From Geosiphon pyriformis uo1 (Eukaryota; Fungi; Glomeromycota): a stretch of DNA of 64,000 nucleotides. The stretch's first letter is position 1. Each line of letters starts with the position of its first letter. This document shows, piece by piece, positions 53,100 through 64,000 of this stretch. The position numbers and the translations under genes are program-made. The stretch is from positions 186,001 through 250,000 of the forward strand of contig JAAOMT010000502.1 in NCBI GenBank assembly GCA_016748015.1, read 5' to 3'. The notes beneath the pieces were generated by a model. It made no database searches. It was not told the DNA's origin and was given only the letters and a program-made list of their open reading frames with translations.

Positions 53100-54652
53100 T
53101 GGAATCTACAGCTGCTGAATCAATAAACTGTCTCTTTCATATACTTAAAACGCCTTGAGCGATAGCTATTTGTAAAATGTGGTGGTATTCAGAATATTTT
53201 TTGATTGTTTGCTTATGATAGCGAGGATTAAGCTCGAGAATTATTGTGGCTAAAATTTTAGGTATTATTATCAAAAAAAGGATGTGCCATTTTTCACAAA
53301 TCCTAGTTTAAATTGAATAATGAGAAAACTTGGTTTCTTCATTTGAATTTTAATAAGCCAAAATTTTAAAATTGAATGTGTTTTATACTTAAAGTTCAGT
53401 AATATTGTACAAACAAGGTTTTGAAAAGTTATTCTAATCAGCTCGATTAATTTTTTTTTCGCTTAACAAGATAAAATGAGCAGCTCTGGGCAATGCATAC
53501 AGTCGAAAAAAGGTACTTGCATGAGTTTTTGACCTAACCTCCCAATTTTCTCTTTTAAATAAATCTTATGCTTTGTGTAACTTTGTAATATTAAAGAGAT
53601 TTTGGAACTTTTAAAGGTTTAAAATTTTATTTCAGCTGCGAAAAAAAGAACATGAAAGAGTAAAATAGTTTGTTTTAAGAGATTGAATTGCCAAAAAGTC
53701 CAAAAATAAGCAACTGATTATTCAAATTAAGTTTTAATTTGCCTAAATCAAAATTTAAACGTTTGACCATTTTTATAGATCTTGAGATTTCGACACAGCC
53801 AATAATGCCAACTCGAATTATATCTTCAACCTTTTTTAATTAAAAAAAAAATCATTAATTCTGAAATTTGATTTAAATAATAAGTCCGAGTTAATATTCA
53901 ATTTTAAAAAATTTAATAGGTAATGACGAAAATTAAAATTATAAAATCAGCGAGGTAACTATTTTTATAAAACCGAGTTTGATTTGCTTTATATACATAA
54001 TATTTATTCTAAAATTTAAAGAAAATAATATTCAATTCTAATTTTAATTTTCTAATCTCAACCATTTTGTGTAAGATTTTTTGATCAATCTCATTTCTAT
54101 ATTTAATAATTTAATAATTTAAAATTTAAATTACAAAATAAAACGCTCTAGGTCTCAAGCCAAGATTTCTATGAAAAATGATATGTCTGGAAAATCTCAC
54201 ACGAAATTTCTTGTTGAAAGAAGCCTCAAGCTTTTGGAGGTAATAATTTATTCCATAAGAAAAAACATGAATTTTAATATTCAAAGAAGTTTCTTGGGTG
54301 ACTTATAATGTAGGACTGCAAATATAACCTCGAATAAGTGTTCAGATTTGGTCCATAAAAACATTTAGAATAAAAGGATTCCTGATCTCAAAAAATTATT
54401 CAACTTATATTTTGAAATATAAAGATCGTATAAAGAAAAATCCGCTTGAGGTTTTTAATTTTGTTAAATTTGTAATCTTAAGTAAATTGTTAGCATCAAG
54501 GGTTTGGAGGTGAAAAGAAATATGATTGTTTTGCACTTCATGAAGGGTATTTCTCTTTAAAACCAAATATCATGCAAGCATTATTCTACATTTTGTAAGA
54601 TTAGTAAATTTAAAAGTTGCAATTATTTGAATTCAAAAGGATGGGAGTAAAA

Positions 54653-56211
54653 TTAGCAGCAGAAAAGTTTTATGAATCGAATCAAGGCAATTTTTTGTAC
54701 ACGAAGAACGACACCATTGCTAGTTCTTGAGCGATATTTCAAAGCCCCAGGATTAAGCCGAAAGCTAAATGATTTAAAGAAATCACGGTGAATCTCATTA
54801 GCATTTGCCTTTTTGTTTCCATTATTGTGTAAAAAGTCATAAAGCTTTTTCAAAGGTTCTGCCAATGTATTTACCTAGAGTCAAAAATCGAAAAATGGTG
54901 GAAAGCCGTAATTTTGCTTCGAACTTTAACGTGGTTACTTTGTCGATTTGAAGCAATAATCGTATTCATTTGGGTGGCAGCTTTTGAAAAAACACCCCGT
55001 GTTTAGATGCTTTATTATTGAGCTTTAGTTTCAAACATAAGGCAAATGTGATCAAATCCTCTTGACATGGCTGTGATTTTATTTAAGTTTAGCCTGACCA
55101 ATTCTTTCTTCTGTCAAATTTGAAGGTGGCGAAGTCCTTTTGATGTTGCTAAAAGATCTGGACTTGCATAATTTATACTCCCACTTAGAGTCAGCGAAAT
55201 AAGAGTTGTCTATAAAAACAATCGGAAAGAGTGACCCATTTGACCTCGAAAATGCCTCCTTTAATGATAATTTTGGCGCTTCATCTTCCTTAGAAGAAAC
55301 TTTTTGGCTAAGGTGTTCTTGGGACAACTTTAAGTTTAAATTTTGTTTGGGGTAAGTTAACTTTTTCGCTTTATTCAAGAGACGTGGTCGTTCTGTAGCT
55401 TGCTTCACCGATTTTTTTGCTGGCAGAGATTCAGACAATTTTGAGCATGACTCAGCGATTTGATTCGGTGAAATTTCATGATTAAGATCCGCAGAAAATC
55501 TTCCATTAATCACTTCACAGCAGCTTGTATCAGAAATCATCCAAGGAAGAATGTCCAAATCAATCTTCGGCTCGTTGAATTCAGGTGGAAATATCGAGAT
55601 AAAATCGATCTCTGGGTCTTGGAAGTCTCTTGGAATTTGCTGTGTTGATACTGCAGAATCAAACCGATTATGTGGATAGTATTTCTCCTTTATAAGATCT
55701 CCTTCAAATGGTGAATTGACTCGGAAACCAGTTTTGTGCTCAAGAGAATTGAACAGCAAGTCAAATTTCAGAATATTATCAGGCACAATAGTCGATTTTG
55801 AAAGAGTATTTGATGGGTCGACGTTAATTTCTGCAACAAAAAGCATACCCACTCTATTAGAACAGCTTAATTATCTCTGTTTAAAGTTCAAGATATATGT
55901 ATATATATATATCATTGAACCTTTTAAGCTAGCCTCCATATCTTTTAATTGAACCCATTCCGCCACTCGAAGCATATCTTCCAATAAGTCAGGTGGAAGT
56001 GGATCGGCATTTTTCCTTGATTGATTTCGGCCGAAATCTTTCATGCAAGCAACATATTTCGAGTCAAATAAACTGTTGTAGCTTACCAAGTTACCTAAAT
56101 TTTCAAAAATAAAATCCAGGACCTTAATTCATAGGAAAATTTAAGGATAGGTACTTTAGGTGTCTTACTTTTTATATTCTCTTTTGTGTCATTCTTTGAA
56201 TATCGTTTCAT
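54653..56211 (-). CDS. Hypothetical multi-exon protein; structure uncertain
   Basis: Candidate ATG at 56211, GT-AG intron 56168-56095, then co-directional ORFs 55871-56089, 55079-55852 (257 aa, S/K/E/P-rich) and 54653-54865 with gene-like GC. No domain recognised and the 3' splicing is unresolved. Confidence 0.5.
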
Positions 56212-56774
56212 GGCGTTTCATTGTAAACAGAAGAGAGTTTGGAAGTAAATAGATACACAAAAATTTGTCATGAACTTATCCCCATCATGAAAATCACATG
56301 CTACAATGATCGATTCTTTTTGAGTCATAATATCAAATAAAGTGAGAAATCCAAACTTTTGGCTTCCAAAAATATATGTATAATATAATGAATTAGAGCA
56401 CTTCTGATGATTTGCATCCTAAGGCAGGACCGTTTTGAATTTTCTCAGAGGAAATAATATTCAAAATAGTTATTTAGCTCCATCTTCCCCACGCCTTCTA
56501 AATCTTAAAGATAAAATAAGGCTTTGAAATTTCTTTCCGAATTTGGGGAATTCTAATACTCCAATATTTAATTGATTATTTTAACGTATGTAATTTCAAA
56601 ATTTACAAGCAAAATGACCTAGAATTCTAAATCTAATAGATTTAAATCGGCTGTTTAAAAAGCTATACAATTAGAGAAATTTGAATAGAGGGCAGAGATA
56701 ATATCAAAGCTTATAGAAAAAGAGTTTTCTCATTTGAGATTGAGCCTAAATAATTATCTGCAACAAAAATATTC

Positions 56775-58490
56775 TCAGAAGCGTTTTCCAAGTGATTCTA
56801 GATAATCAAAGTCCTCAATTATTGTGAAATTTATTAAGGTCTCGGCTTTGGCGAACAGCTCATTTCCAAGGCAATGTTGATTATTAGATTTCCAATTCGT
56901 TAACAAACTAACTTCATTCAACATTCCAGGATTTGCTTCAGCAAATTTAACGAGAGGTAGCAAATGACTGGAAAAAAAACATCCACTTTTCAAAATGATT
57001 CCCAAACAAAATAGTGGGAATCTGAGGTTTTTAAGCAATGCTGTCACTTCTTCTGCTTTCAAATGGTATAGTGACAGACAAAGATATCGACAACTTTGAG
57101 GCAGAGATTTAGCAAGACTTTCAAAATTTGAACCAGCGAAATGCATATTCCAATCCCATTGTTCTAGTTCCTGTATTTGGATTTGATTTATCTTAGGCAT
57201 CATTTTTATAGAATCGCAAAGTGCATTGGCATTTTTGGAGGTTACTTCAGCTGCTAAAGACACAATGTTTTGACAGCAGCGGCCGATATTCAATAGTAGC
57301 TCTGATGAGGCTTCGAATTTCAGAACCAAATCTGTTAGATGTTCTCCACAAGCTTTCTCAAAAAGAGGCGTACCTAAATTTTGATCGTTTCGCCAGCCTT
57401 GTAGAAAGAGGTACTTGAGTTTGAACAATGAATTTTGTAAAGATGACCAAAGATAGGGAGATCGAATATCGTTTTTCCATTCAACTGGCTTATATGTAGG
57501 ACTGATGTATTGGTAGCCTTGCGAATATTCGATTAGATGTTCTTCAGCCTCAATTATCACAAGTGTTCCCAATTTTTTTAAATGAGCTAAAGGTGTTAAA
57601 TCGACTCCGGCAAAGAGTGGTTGATGAAATTCTAATCGGGTGAGATATTTAGATTGACTGCTCAATGCATTCAAAGCAGGTTGATCGAGATAAGAAAAGT
57701 TTCTAATTTTAAGTATTTTCAACCCTCTTTGAGAAGATATTAGACTGCCAACAGATTTTGGAAATTTCTCGTAGTCAACACCGAAATCTATAGAGATACG
57801 ACTAATATCCTTACAAGTCTTGCTCATCAATATCAAAAGTGAGTTTAATCGAGGATTTTCTATTTCGCTAAGAGATCCATTTGCAGCAGAGCATTCAAAA
57901 TGCCGTATGTGAGAAATTGATTCGGCAATACCAGGAAAAGTAACAAAATCAGGTATTTCTGCATTTATCCCTTTTTCAAGGGTTAAAAATAATTTATTCA
58001 AGCCAACAGTTTCAGCAAAGAATTCTTGCATAATTAATGACAATATTTTGGTGCATTCACTTCTTTGTGTTGAGTCTTCGAGTTGATTGGACTGCGTCTG
58101 CGTGTAAAGCCATCCCTGGATTACCAGTTGAAGTTGCTTCATATCCATTTCTTTTAGGTAAGATGCATAGTTAAAAATAGGACTCTGTCGAGATTTCGAG
58201 TATTTATTCAGGGCTGGATATTTGACCTTCAACTCTTCAAACTCTTTGTGTTTAAGGCCTAAAAGATAGGATTCTAACAAGATGTTTTCTCTTCCTCTCA
58301 GACTTCCAATATATCTGAAAGGATTCTTCCATAGTATTGGTATAACCCTTTTTGCCCAGCTTCGGCAAACGAATAAGAATCGATATAAGGACTTGGGGTC
58401 GTTTGTTCGAAAATCTTCAAAGATTTGGTCGAGAATTTCTGGTAACAAGTCTGGAACATGCTTGTGTGGATCTTTTGAGTTTATCTCCAT
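56775..58490 (-). CDS. F-box / RNI-like LRR protein, intronless, 571 aa
   Basis: N-terminal F-box 'LLPEILDQIF...SLYRFLFVCRSWAKRVIPILWKNPF' and 'FNYASYLKEMD', then repeated LxxLxL units. Confidence 0.9.
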   Translation of the reverse strand: MEINSKDPHKHVPDLLPEILDQIFEDFRTNDPKSLYRFLFVCRSWAKRVIPILWKNPFRYIGSLRGRENILLESYLLGLKHKEFEELKVKYPALNKYSKSRQSPIFNYASYLKEMDMKQLQLVIQGWLYTQTQSNQLEDSTQRSECTKILSLIMQEFFAETVGLNKLFLTLEKGINAEIPDFVTFPGIAESISHIRHFECSAANGSLSEIENPRLNSLLILMSKTCKDISRISIDFGVDYEKFPKSVGSLISSQRGLKILKIRNFSYLDQPALNALSSQSKYLTRLEFHQPLFAGVDLTPLAHLKKLGTLVIIEAEEHLIEYSQGYQYISPTYKPVEWKNDIRSPYLWSSLQNSLFKLKYLFLQGWRNDQNLGTPLFEKACGEHLTDLVLKFEASSELLLNIGRCCQNIVSLAAEVTSKNANALCDSIKMMPKINQIQIQELEQWDWNMHFAGSNFESLAKSLPQSCRYLCLSLYHLKAEEVTALLKNLRFPLFCLGIILKSGCFFSSHLLPLVKFAEANPGMLNEVSLLTNWKSNNQHCLGNELFAKAETLINFTIIEDFDYLESLGKRF

Positions 58491-58904
58491 TTTGCAACTC
58501 CGTTCAAACCCTCAGCAAAATTTGGTACAGACAATCGTAATGTGTATCATAATACATGTGTTAATAGACCCCCATAATTATTTGAGTGATGCAATAATGA
58601 TTTCATATTATTTTCCTCATTTGGAAATTGCAGAATCATTGGCTGTAATTCAATTAGAATTTTCGGGTTTTGGAGACTTAGTGCATAAAGACATGTCTAT
58701 AATTGCCCAATATTTTGAAAGACCACAATTTTTTCTTTGAATAGTTTCCAAATAAATTTTTTCCAAGTAAAATAAAAACTTTGGCGAAAATATTAATTGA
58801 TTGAGCAAAATTTTTTATTAAATTTCCAAGGTCTTTTAAATCAACTATTTTAGTTTAGAGTTTTTGAAGAAAAAACGTAGGGGGAAAGATTGTTGAGATT
58901 TAAC

Positions 58905-59897
58905 TTTATACGGCAATAAAATGGACAAAACCTTTTTTTTCAACAATTCAGGGCATTGATTTTGTAAATCATGTTAAATATAAGGGATTTACAGCATTCC
59001 ATTCCTCTTTATCATTTGCTCTAACTCCTGAATGCTGGATAATGTTTACGAAGTCCTGACTCAACCATAGGCCAGGTATTCTCAATTGGATTGATATCTG
59101 GAGTTTGGGGAGACACGCTGAGAAGTGAGGAAATTCTGGGCAGCTGCATTATCCTCTTGAAAGCGGGTTTTTTTTTACATTGACGAGCATGTGCTTCAAG
59201 TGTTGGAATGGCATAAAATTCCAAGGTTTTGTTAGTGCATTCCTGCTTAACAGCACCAACTAATTGAATAATAGGATTTAAGCCCTCCCATGAAAAGCAT
59301 GACCAAAACATACGCGAATCGTTATGCTTTATTGTTGAAGCAATGGAATATTCATAAAATTCTTCACCTAGCTCGACTCATCCTGACTTTTGGAATTGAA
59401 AAAAATGGATTCATCAATCCACAATACTCACTTCCTATTTTTTACTGTTCATTCACTTCGTTCTAAAGCCCAGTTTAGACGTTTGGTCTTTTCAATTCCT
59501 GAAATGAATGGTTTTTTCGTGAGTGGCGAGAAGGAATATTTTCTTTTTAGAGAACCCGTCGGATGAAACTTTTTGTCCATTATTAAGTGTGGTAAACATT
59601 TAGTTGCCCCGCTAAAATTTTTGTGCCGAGAATCTTGGGTCTTGAGTATTAGTCGCTTTGATGCATCAATAATGCATTGACGGCCAATCCTTTTTTGGGA
59701 AGCTGATTGAATTTATAGGCCGTAAGAACGCGTGTTATGGTTGAATTAGAATGATTCCTTTTTATCCTGCTTGGGTAAGATTTTTCACGATCCATAATCA
59801 GAAATTTACATTTTATAAAATTTTGTATTTTATTCCTTACAAAGTATTGAATACCCATAATATGATTTTCGCCATTTTAATAATCTATTCCCCTGTA
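58905..59897 (-). mobile_element. Tc1-family relic
   Basis: 'KKPFISGIEKTKRLNWALE', 'VLWIDES', 'RMFWSCFSWEGL' and 'PQTPDINPIENTW'. TIR-like end CCCCTGTA at ~59890-59897. Confidence 0.8.
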
Positions 59898-60826
59898 CAT
59901 TTATCACTTATCAAAAATCTTTAATCTTTCTAAAAGAAGCAATTATTATACTAAATAAGATACTTTTCATTCCGATACTTTTTATTATCTTCTATGGCGC
60001 TTTGATCTTGAAAGAATAAAATTTACATTGATTAATTTGATATTACTCCTCTCGTTATTAGCTATTCTAGCTTTATACAAGAAAAAAAAATTTATTTACT
60101 CTAAAAGCATGACATTACAGTCTTTGAATTTTTTGTCTGCTGGAAAAAGTTTTTTTATTCACGAAATACCTTTTACTCAATATTATTTATTGGTTTCGAA
60201 TAGAATTTACAAAAGAAGTGAGATTTAAGTACATGTAATGTAGGAATATGTTTCAAACACAAATTTGTCCTTCACTCCTAACATTAAACCGTAGCTTTCC
60301 AAATCCCTTCTTTTCCCAATGAATAGAATATGCAAAGATAAATTAAAATTTAATCATTATCTTTAAGATTTGGAATTCTGCTGTGTGAATTCTCGAATTT
60401 AATTATACTGCTTTGGTGTTTCGTTTTATAGTTAAACGGGAAAGTGAATAAATTCCTCCTCAATTTTGATAATTAGAAAGTTACACTTTCCTGATGCTTA
60501 CAATGGATTGAAAATATGTACTCATAATGAAAAATGTTTTGGTTGTTTTTTCTCGAATGCAAAGCTTTTTTTAGACGCTAAAAGAATTCCATTGCATGTT
60601 TCAAGTCACCAGAGCCTATCAGTTTGATTAAAGCTGCTTTTTTATAAATTCTCCCAATTATAGATGTTAAAAGCTCAGCTATTAAATTTCTCTTGAATGC
60701 ATTCATAATTGTACAAATTTTTTCGCAAAGTTTGGTTCAAGCACAATAATAACTATAAAAATAATCTATTTGAAAAGCTTTCTGCAAGCTCGCTCAAGAT
60801 GCAATAATTAATTTCTCATATACAAC

Positions 60827-60828
<2 letters not shown>

Positions 60829-60880
<52 letters not shown>
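60829..60880. repeat. (TTA)n microsatellite, ~17 units
   Basis: Perfect trinucleotide run. Confidence 0.95.
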
Positions 60881-62020
60881 CAAAAATATTGGTGCGTCGC
60901 AATAAATTTTTACTTCTTAGAAAGACTTTGAAGAAATGCTATTCTGTGAAACATATTAGTAAACAGGATTATTATGGTTCCAAAAAGCCTTGTTCTACCT
61001 CAAAGGTTTTCTTTAGAAAGCCAGGTATTTGTGATTTGTATATAGTACATAATAGACAGAGCCTTGTTATTTTAATGGGAACAAATTCCTTGTAAATGCT
61101 CAATTAATTGTGTTAGCATGAAGCATATACATAAATGATATTTATAAATATTATCTTTTTCTGACAAATGTGTATGTGGAAAATTTTCCTCAGAATTAAC
61201 CGCCACCTGGGTAACTTTTTATGAGCCCTTCAATCTTTATGCAGTTAAAATTCCACAAATACTCGCAACAGATTTTAAGCATCTGATTTCAAGATATAAC
61301 AAGCAGTTATCTGCATTCATTCTATATCACGACCTGATTCGGTAAGATTTTTCAGTATCAAAATTGTGACTTTGATTTGCAGTCTTCTTGCTCATGCAAA
61401 AAAAAAAATTTCATGCACATTCAAAGAATTTGTTTGTCTTGTAAAACTAGGAAATGTCAAATTTGAAAATAAGGTGGCATAATAGACTCAAATGAAATCA
61501 ACCTTAAAAATGCTTTGCATTGACGTTCACCGACGTAGTGAAAATTTTCTTTGATTTGTATTGGGTAGGTAAAGCCATTATTGTCATGCACTGCAATGCT
61601 GAAAATCTTGAATAGGGTTCATTAAAAAAAATTATCATTTTCATAATCCTTGCTAATAATTAAGGAGTAAAATGCAGCTAAATTTTAGCCCCGCTTGAAT
61701 CTAGCACGAAAAAGTTCTGATAGCATTTGACTTACTTTGAATATGATTGGTGTTTAGAAACCCTTTTTTGGCAGGTTCAACCAAATTCCCCAAAAAGAAC
61801 TTCATATCACACCGTTTGCTCGCACGGAACTCTTGAATTGCCAGGATTTGGGGAATAATTAATGTATAATATGCAACCATTCATTCCCAAAAAAAATCAT
61901 TTCAAAATCTTTAATAAGGTTTGTTCAATTTCTTTTTAATAGAGTGTTAAATCAAAACGTTCCAAAAATTAAACCTGCAAGCGCGTTTTTATTTTATCAC
62001 TTTTTAAAAGCAAAATCTTG

Positions 62021-63285
62021 ATGGGAAATTGTATCTCGATTGATCCGAATCATAACAAAGCTAGTAACAGCGTTGGAGGCCATAATTTTATCTTATTAAA
62101 GAATAATAATGATCCCAACACTAATAATGCCACAAAGAGCAATGTTTTTAAGAAATACAAAGATGGAACAACCAAAAAGAATACTGAACAAATATCTTTG
62201 GATAAAGCCGATAGTCTACGTTTTCAAATTTTTGAAAACCCCATTTATCCAGTGCCATCTATGGAAGAAAATATGGATCGATTGCAACTACTTCACTATA
62301 CCATTCGTTACATATGGCAATCAAACTTTTCATCCCCAATATTGGACCAACTTAAATTTAGTGGTGGCAGAGTTCTTGATATAGGGTTGGGTTCAGGTTT
62401 ACTTTCAGTTTCAAATAATTGTTCTGATATTTTATTCTATTTATAACATCTGCTTTGCTTCAAAATAAAATATTCAATCAGTTGTGGAAATGGTACATGG
62501 GCATTAGAAATAGCTAACGATTTCCCTAAAACAACTGTCATTGGATTGGACTTGAAGAAGATTCCAAAGGATCAAAAAAAAACTGAGAATTTAGCGTTTT
62601 TTGAAGCCGATGTTTTGGATGGGTTACCATTCGAAGATTGTACATTTGATCTGGTTCATATTCGTCATTTAGTGAATGCATTTACATCTACACAATGGGA
62701 GCGTAATGTCATTCCAGAAATGGTTCGCGTGACAAAACCGGGAGGATGGATAGAGATCTGTGAGACAGATCTGAAATTCTTTAATGATGGTCCAACATCC
62801 CAAAAATTAATGAGTGCATGTAAGCTTCATCTTTAAATTAATTTCTCTAATTTTATGATTCATACTAAAATTGAAACTCAAAATATTTAAAATAGTTCGA
62901 ACATTAAATCAAAGTCAGGGCGTTATGACAATTATTACACCATTCATTCCAAAGTTTATTCAAGCCACCAAACAGACTACTCACATTCAAACCATGACAA
63001 GAGATGTCCCAATTGGAAGCTGGGCAGGCAATACTGGCTTAATGGCAATAAAAGACACGGTAAATATTTATTTCGCGCTTTTTCTACTTAAAAGATCTAA
63101 AGAAAAGCCAATTAAATACTCTGCCTTTTTTTGAGATTCTAACATTTAATGCAGCTCCAAATCTTGCGGCAATTCTCAATGTCAGTCAAGAAAAATTCGC
63201 GGAGCTTCTCAATGAAATGACCGACGAAATGGATAAAAATCGAGCATTTTATCGTAATTTTAGATTTTATGCTCAAAAAATATGA
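62021..63285 (+). CDS. Class I SAM-dependent methyltransferase (LaeA-like / Methyltransf_25 fungal family), 4 exons, 338 aa
   Basis: Exons 62021-62385, 62482-62819, 62896-63059 and 63136-63285. Motifs 'ENMDRLQLLHY', 'VLDIGCGNGTWALEIANDFP', 'GLPFEDCTFDLVHIR', 'RVTKPGGWIE' and 'PIGSWAG'. Confidence 0.93.
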
Positions 63286-64000
63286 TCCCTTCCCGTCCAT
63301 TTACTCAAACCTTAAAATAAGGCTCTAAAGAAGTCTTTTGCTTTATATATCTTATGATTCTATCTTACGATGCGACTAGTACATTAATCATTCCACCCCC
63401 CCCCCCCACCCCCATTTTAATACCTTATACTTTTATTCATTCAAAAAGTTTATTTAAAGAACTATAAGAATTTTTATTATTCAGGACAAAAGAAGACTTG
63501 AGAGCTTTTATGTCTTTGAAAATAAGACTAATATTATTATTATTCGGCTTTTTAGAAGATGTAAAAATACGTATTTATGAGAAAAAGTTCTTCTATTCCC
63601 TTCTTAATCTTCCGCTTAAGATAAAATTGTAATATTTGTTAAAACAATACTGGATAAAATATTGTTACATGTTTACAAGATTCTAAAAAGCATATGTATT
63701 TGGGAAACAAATTATAGCAATCTATAAAGGGATCAAACTTAAAAGATTCACAATAAGGAAATAGTTCATTAAGTGTTAACAAATTCAAAAAGTTTTAACA
63801 AAAAAATTTTATATCCATTTATTTTTGATCAATCAAAGTAAATTGGATAAATAAATTTATTCATCAATTTACATGATACAATTGAAAAATTATCGAGCTT
63901 CAGAAAAGATTCAGGATTCAGTTATATGGGAGATTCTCTTATTTTCCAAAATTAGCATGAAACCTGAAATCAAAATAGTTTTCTTAAATGATTTCCAAGT

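Noticed and set aside
58282-58740. 152-aa plus-strand ORF, and other antisense ORFs such as 25809-26165 and 24652-24876
   Set aside because: They overlap well-supported genes or the transposase on the opposite strand and carry no motif.

Overview
Eukaryotic nuclear DNA with GT-AG introns from a very AT-rich fungus. The gene content (BTB-BACK and BTB-TLDc, F-box/LRR, MGNC-type methyltransferase, Crinkler-like NTPase) suggests Glomeromycotina. The repeat translations resemble repetitive ORFs I recall from Geosiphon pyriformis (unverified). The window has two kinds of compartment. (i) Two extremely AT-rich blocks (~1-18.7 kb and ~37.2-46.8 kb) consist of nested, dead elements: a pogo-like transposase, two dUTPase-bearing Ty3/gypsy elements, LINE ORF1/ORF2, IS630-Tc1-like transposases, tandem repeats and a Crinkler-like gene. 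Their conserved motifs can be restored almost entirely by reversing C->T and G->A changes. (ii) The other segments carry six well-supported genes (amino-acid transporter, membrane-anchored BTB-BACK, hexokinase-family kinase, BTB-BACK-TLDc, F-box/LRR, SAM methyltransferase), one hypothetical gene, a BTB pseudogene and Tc1 elements that keep their CpGs. The main candidate for an undescribed system is a RIP-like, transition-only hypermutation process with a broad context not limited to CpA. It appears domain-restricted and also destroyed a host-type gene. All translations and alignments were done by eye, and family consensus motifs are from memory. Coordinates of degenerate elements are approximate.
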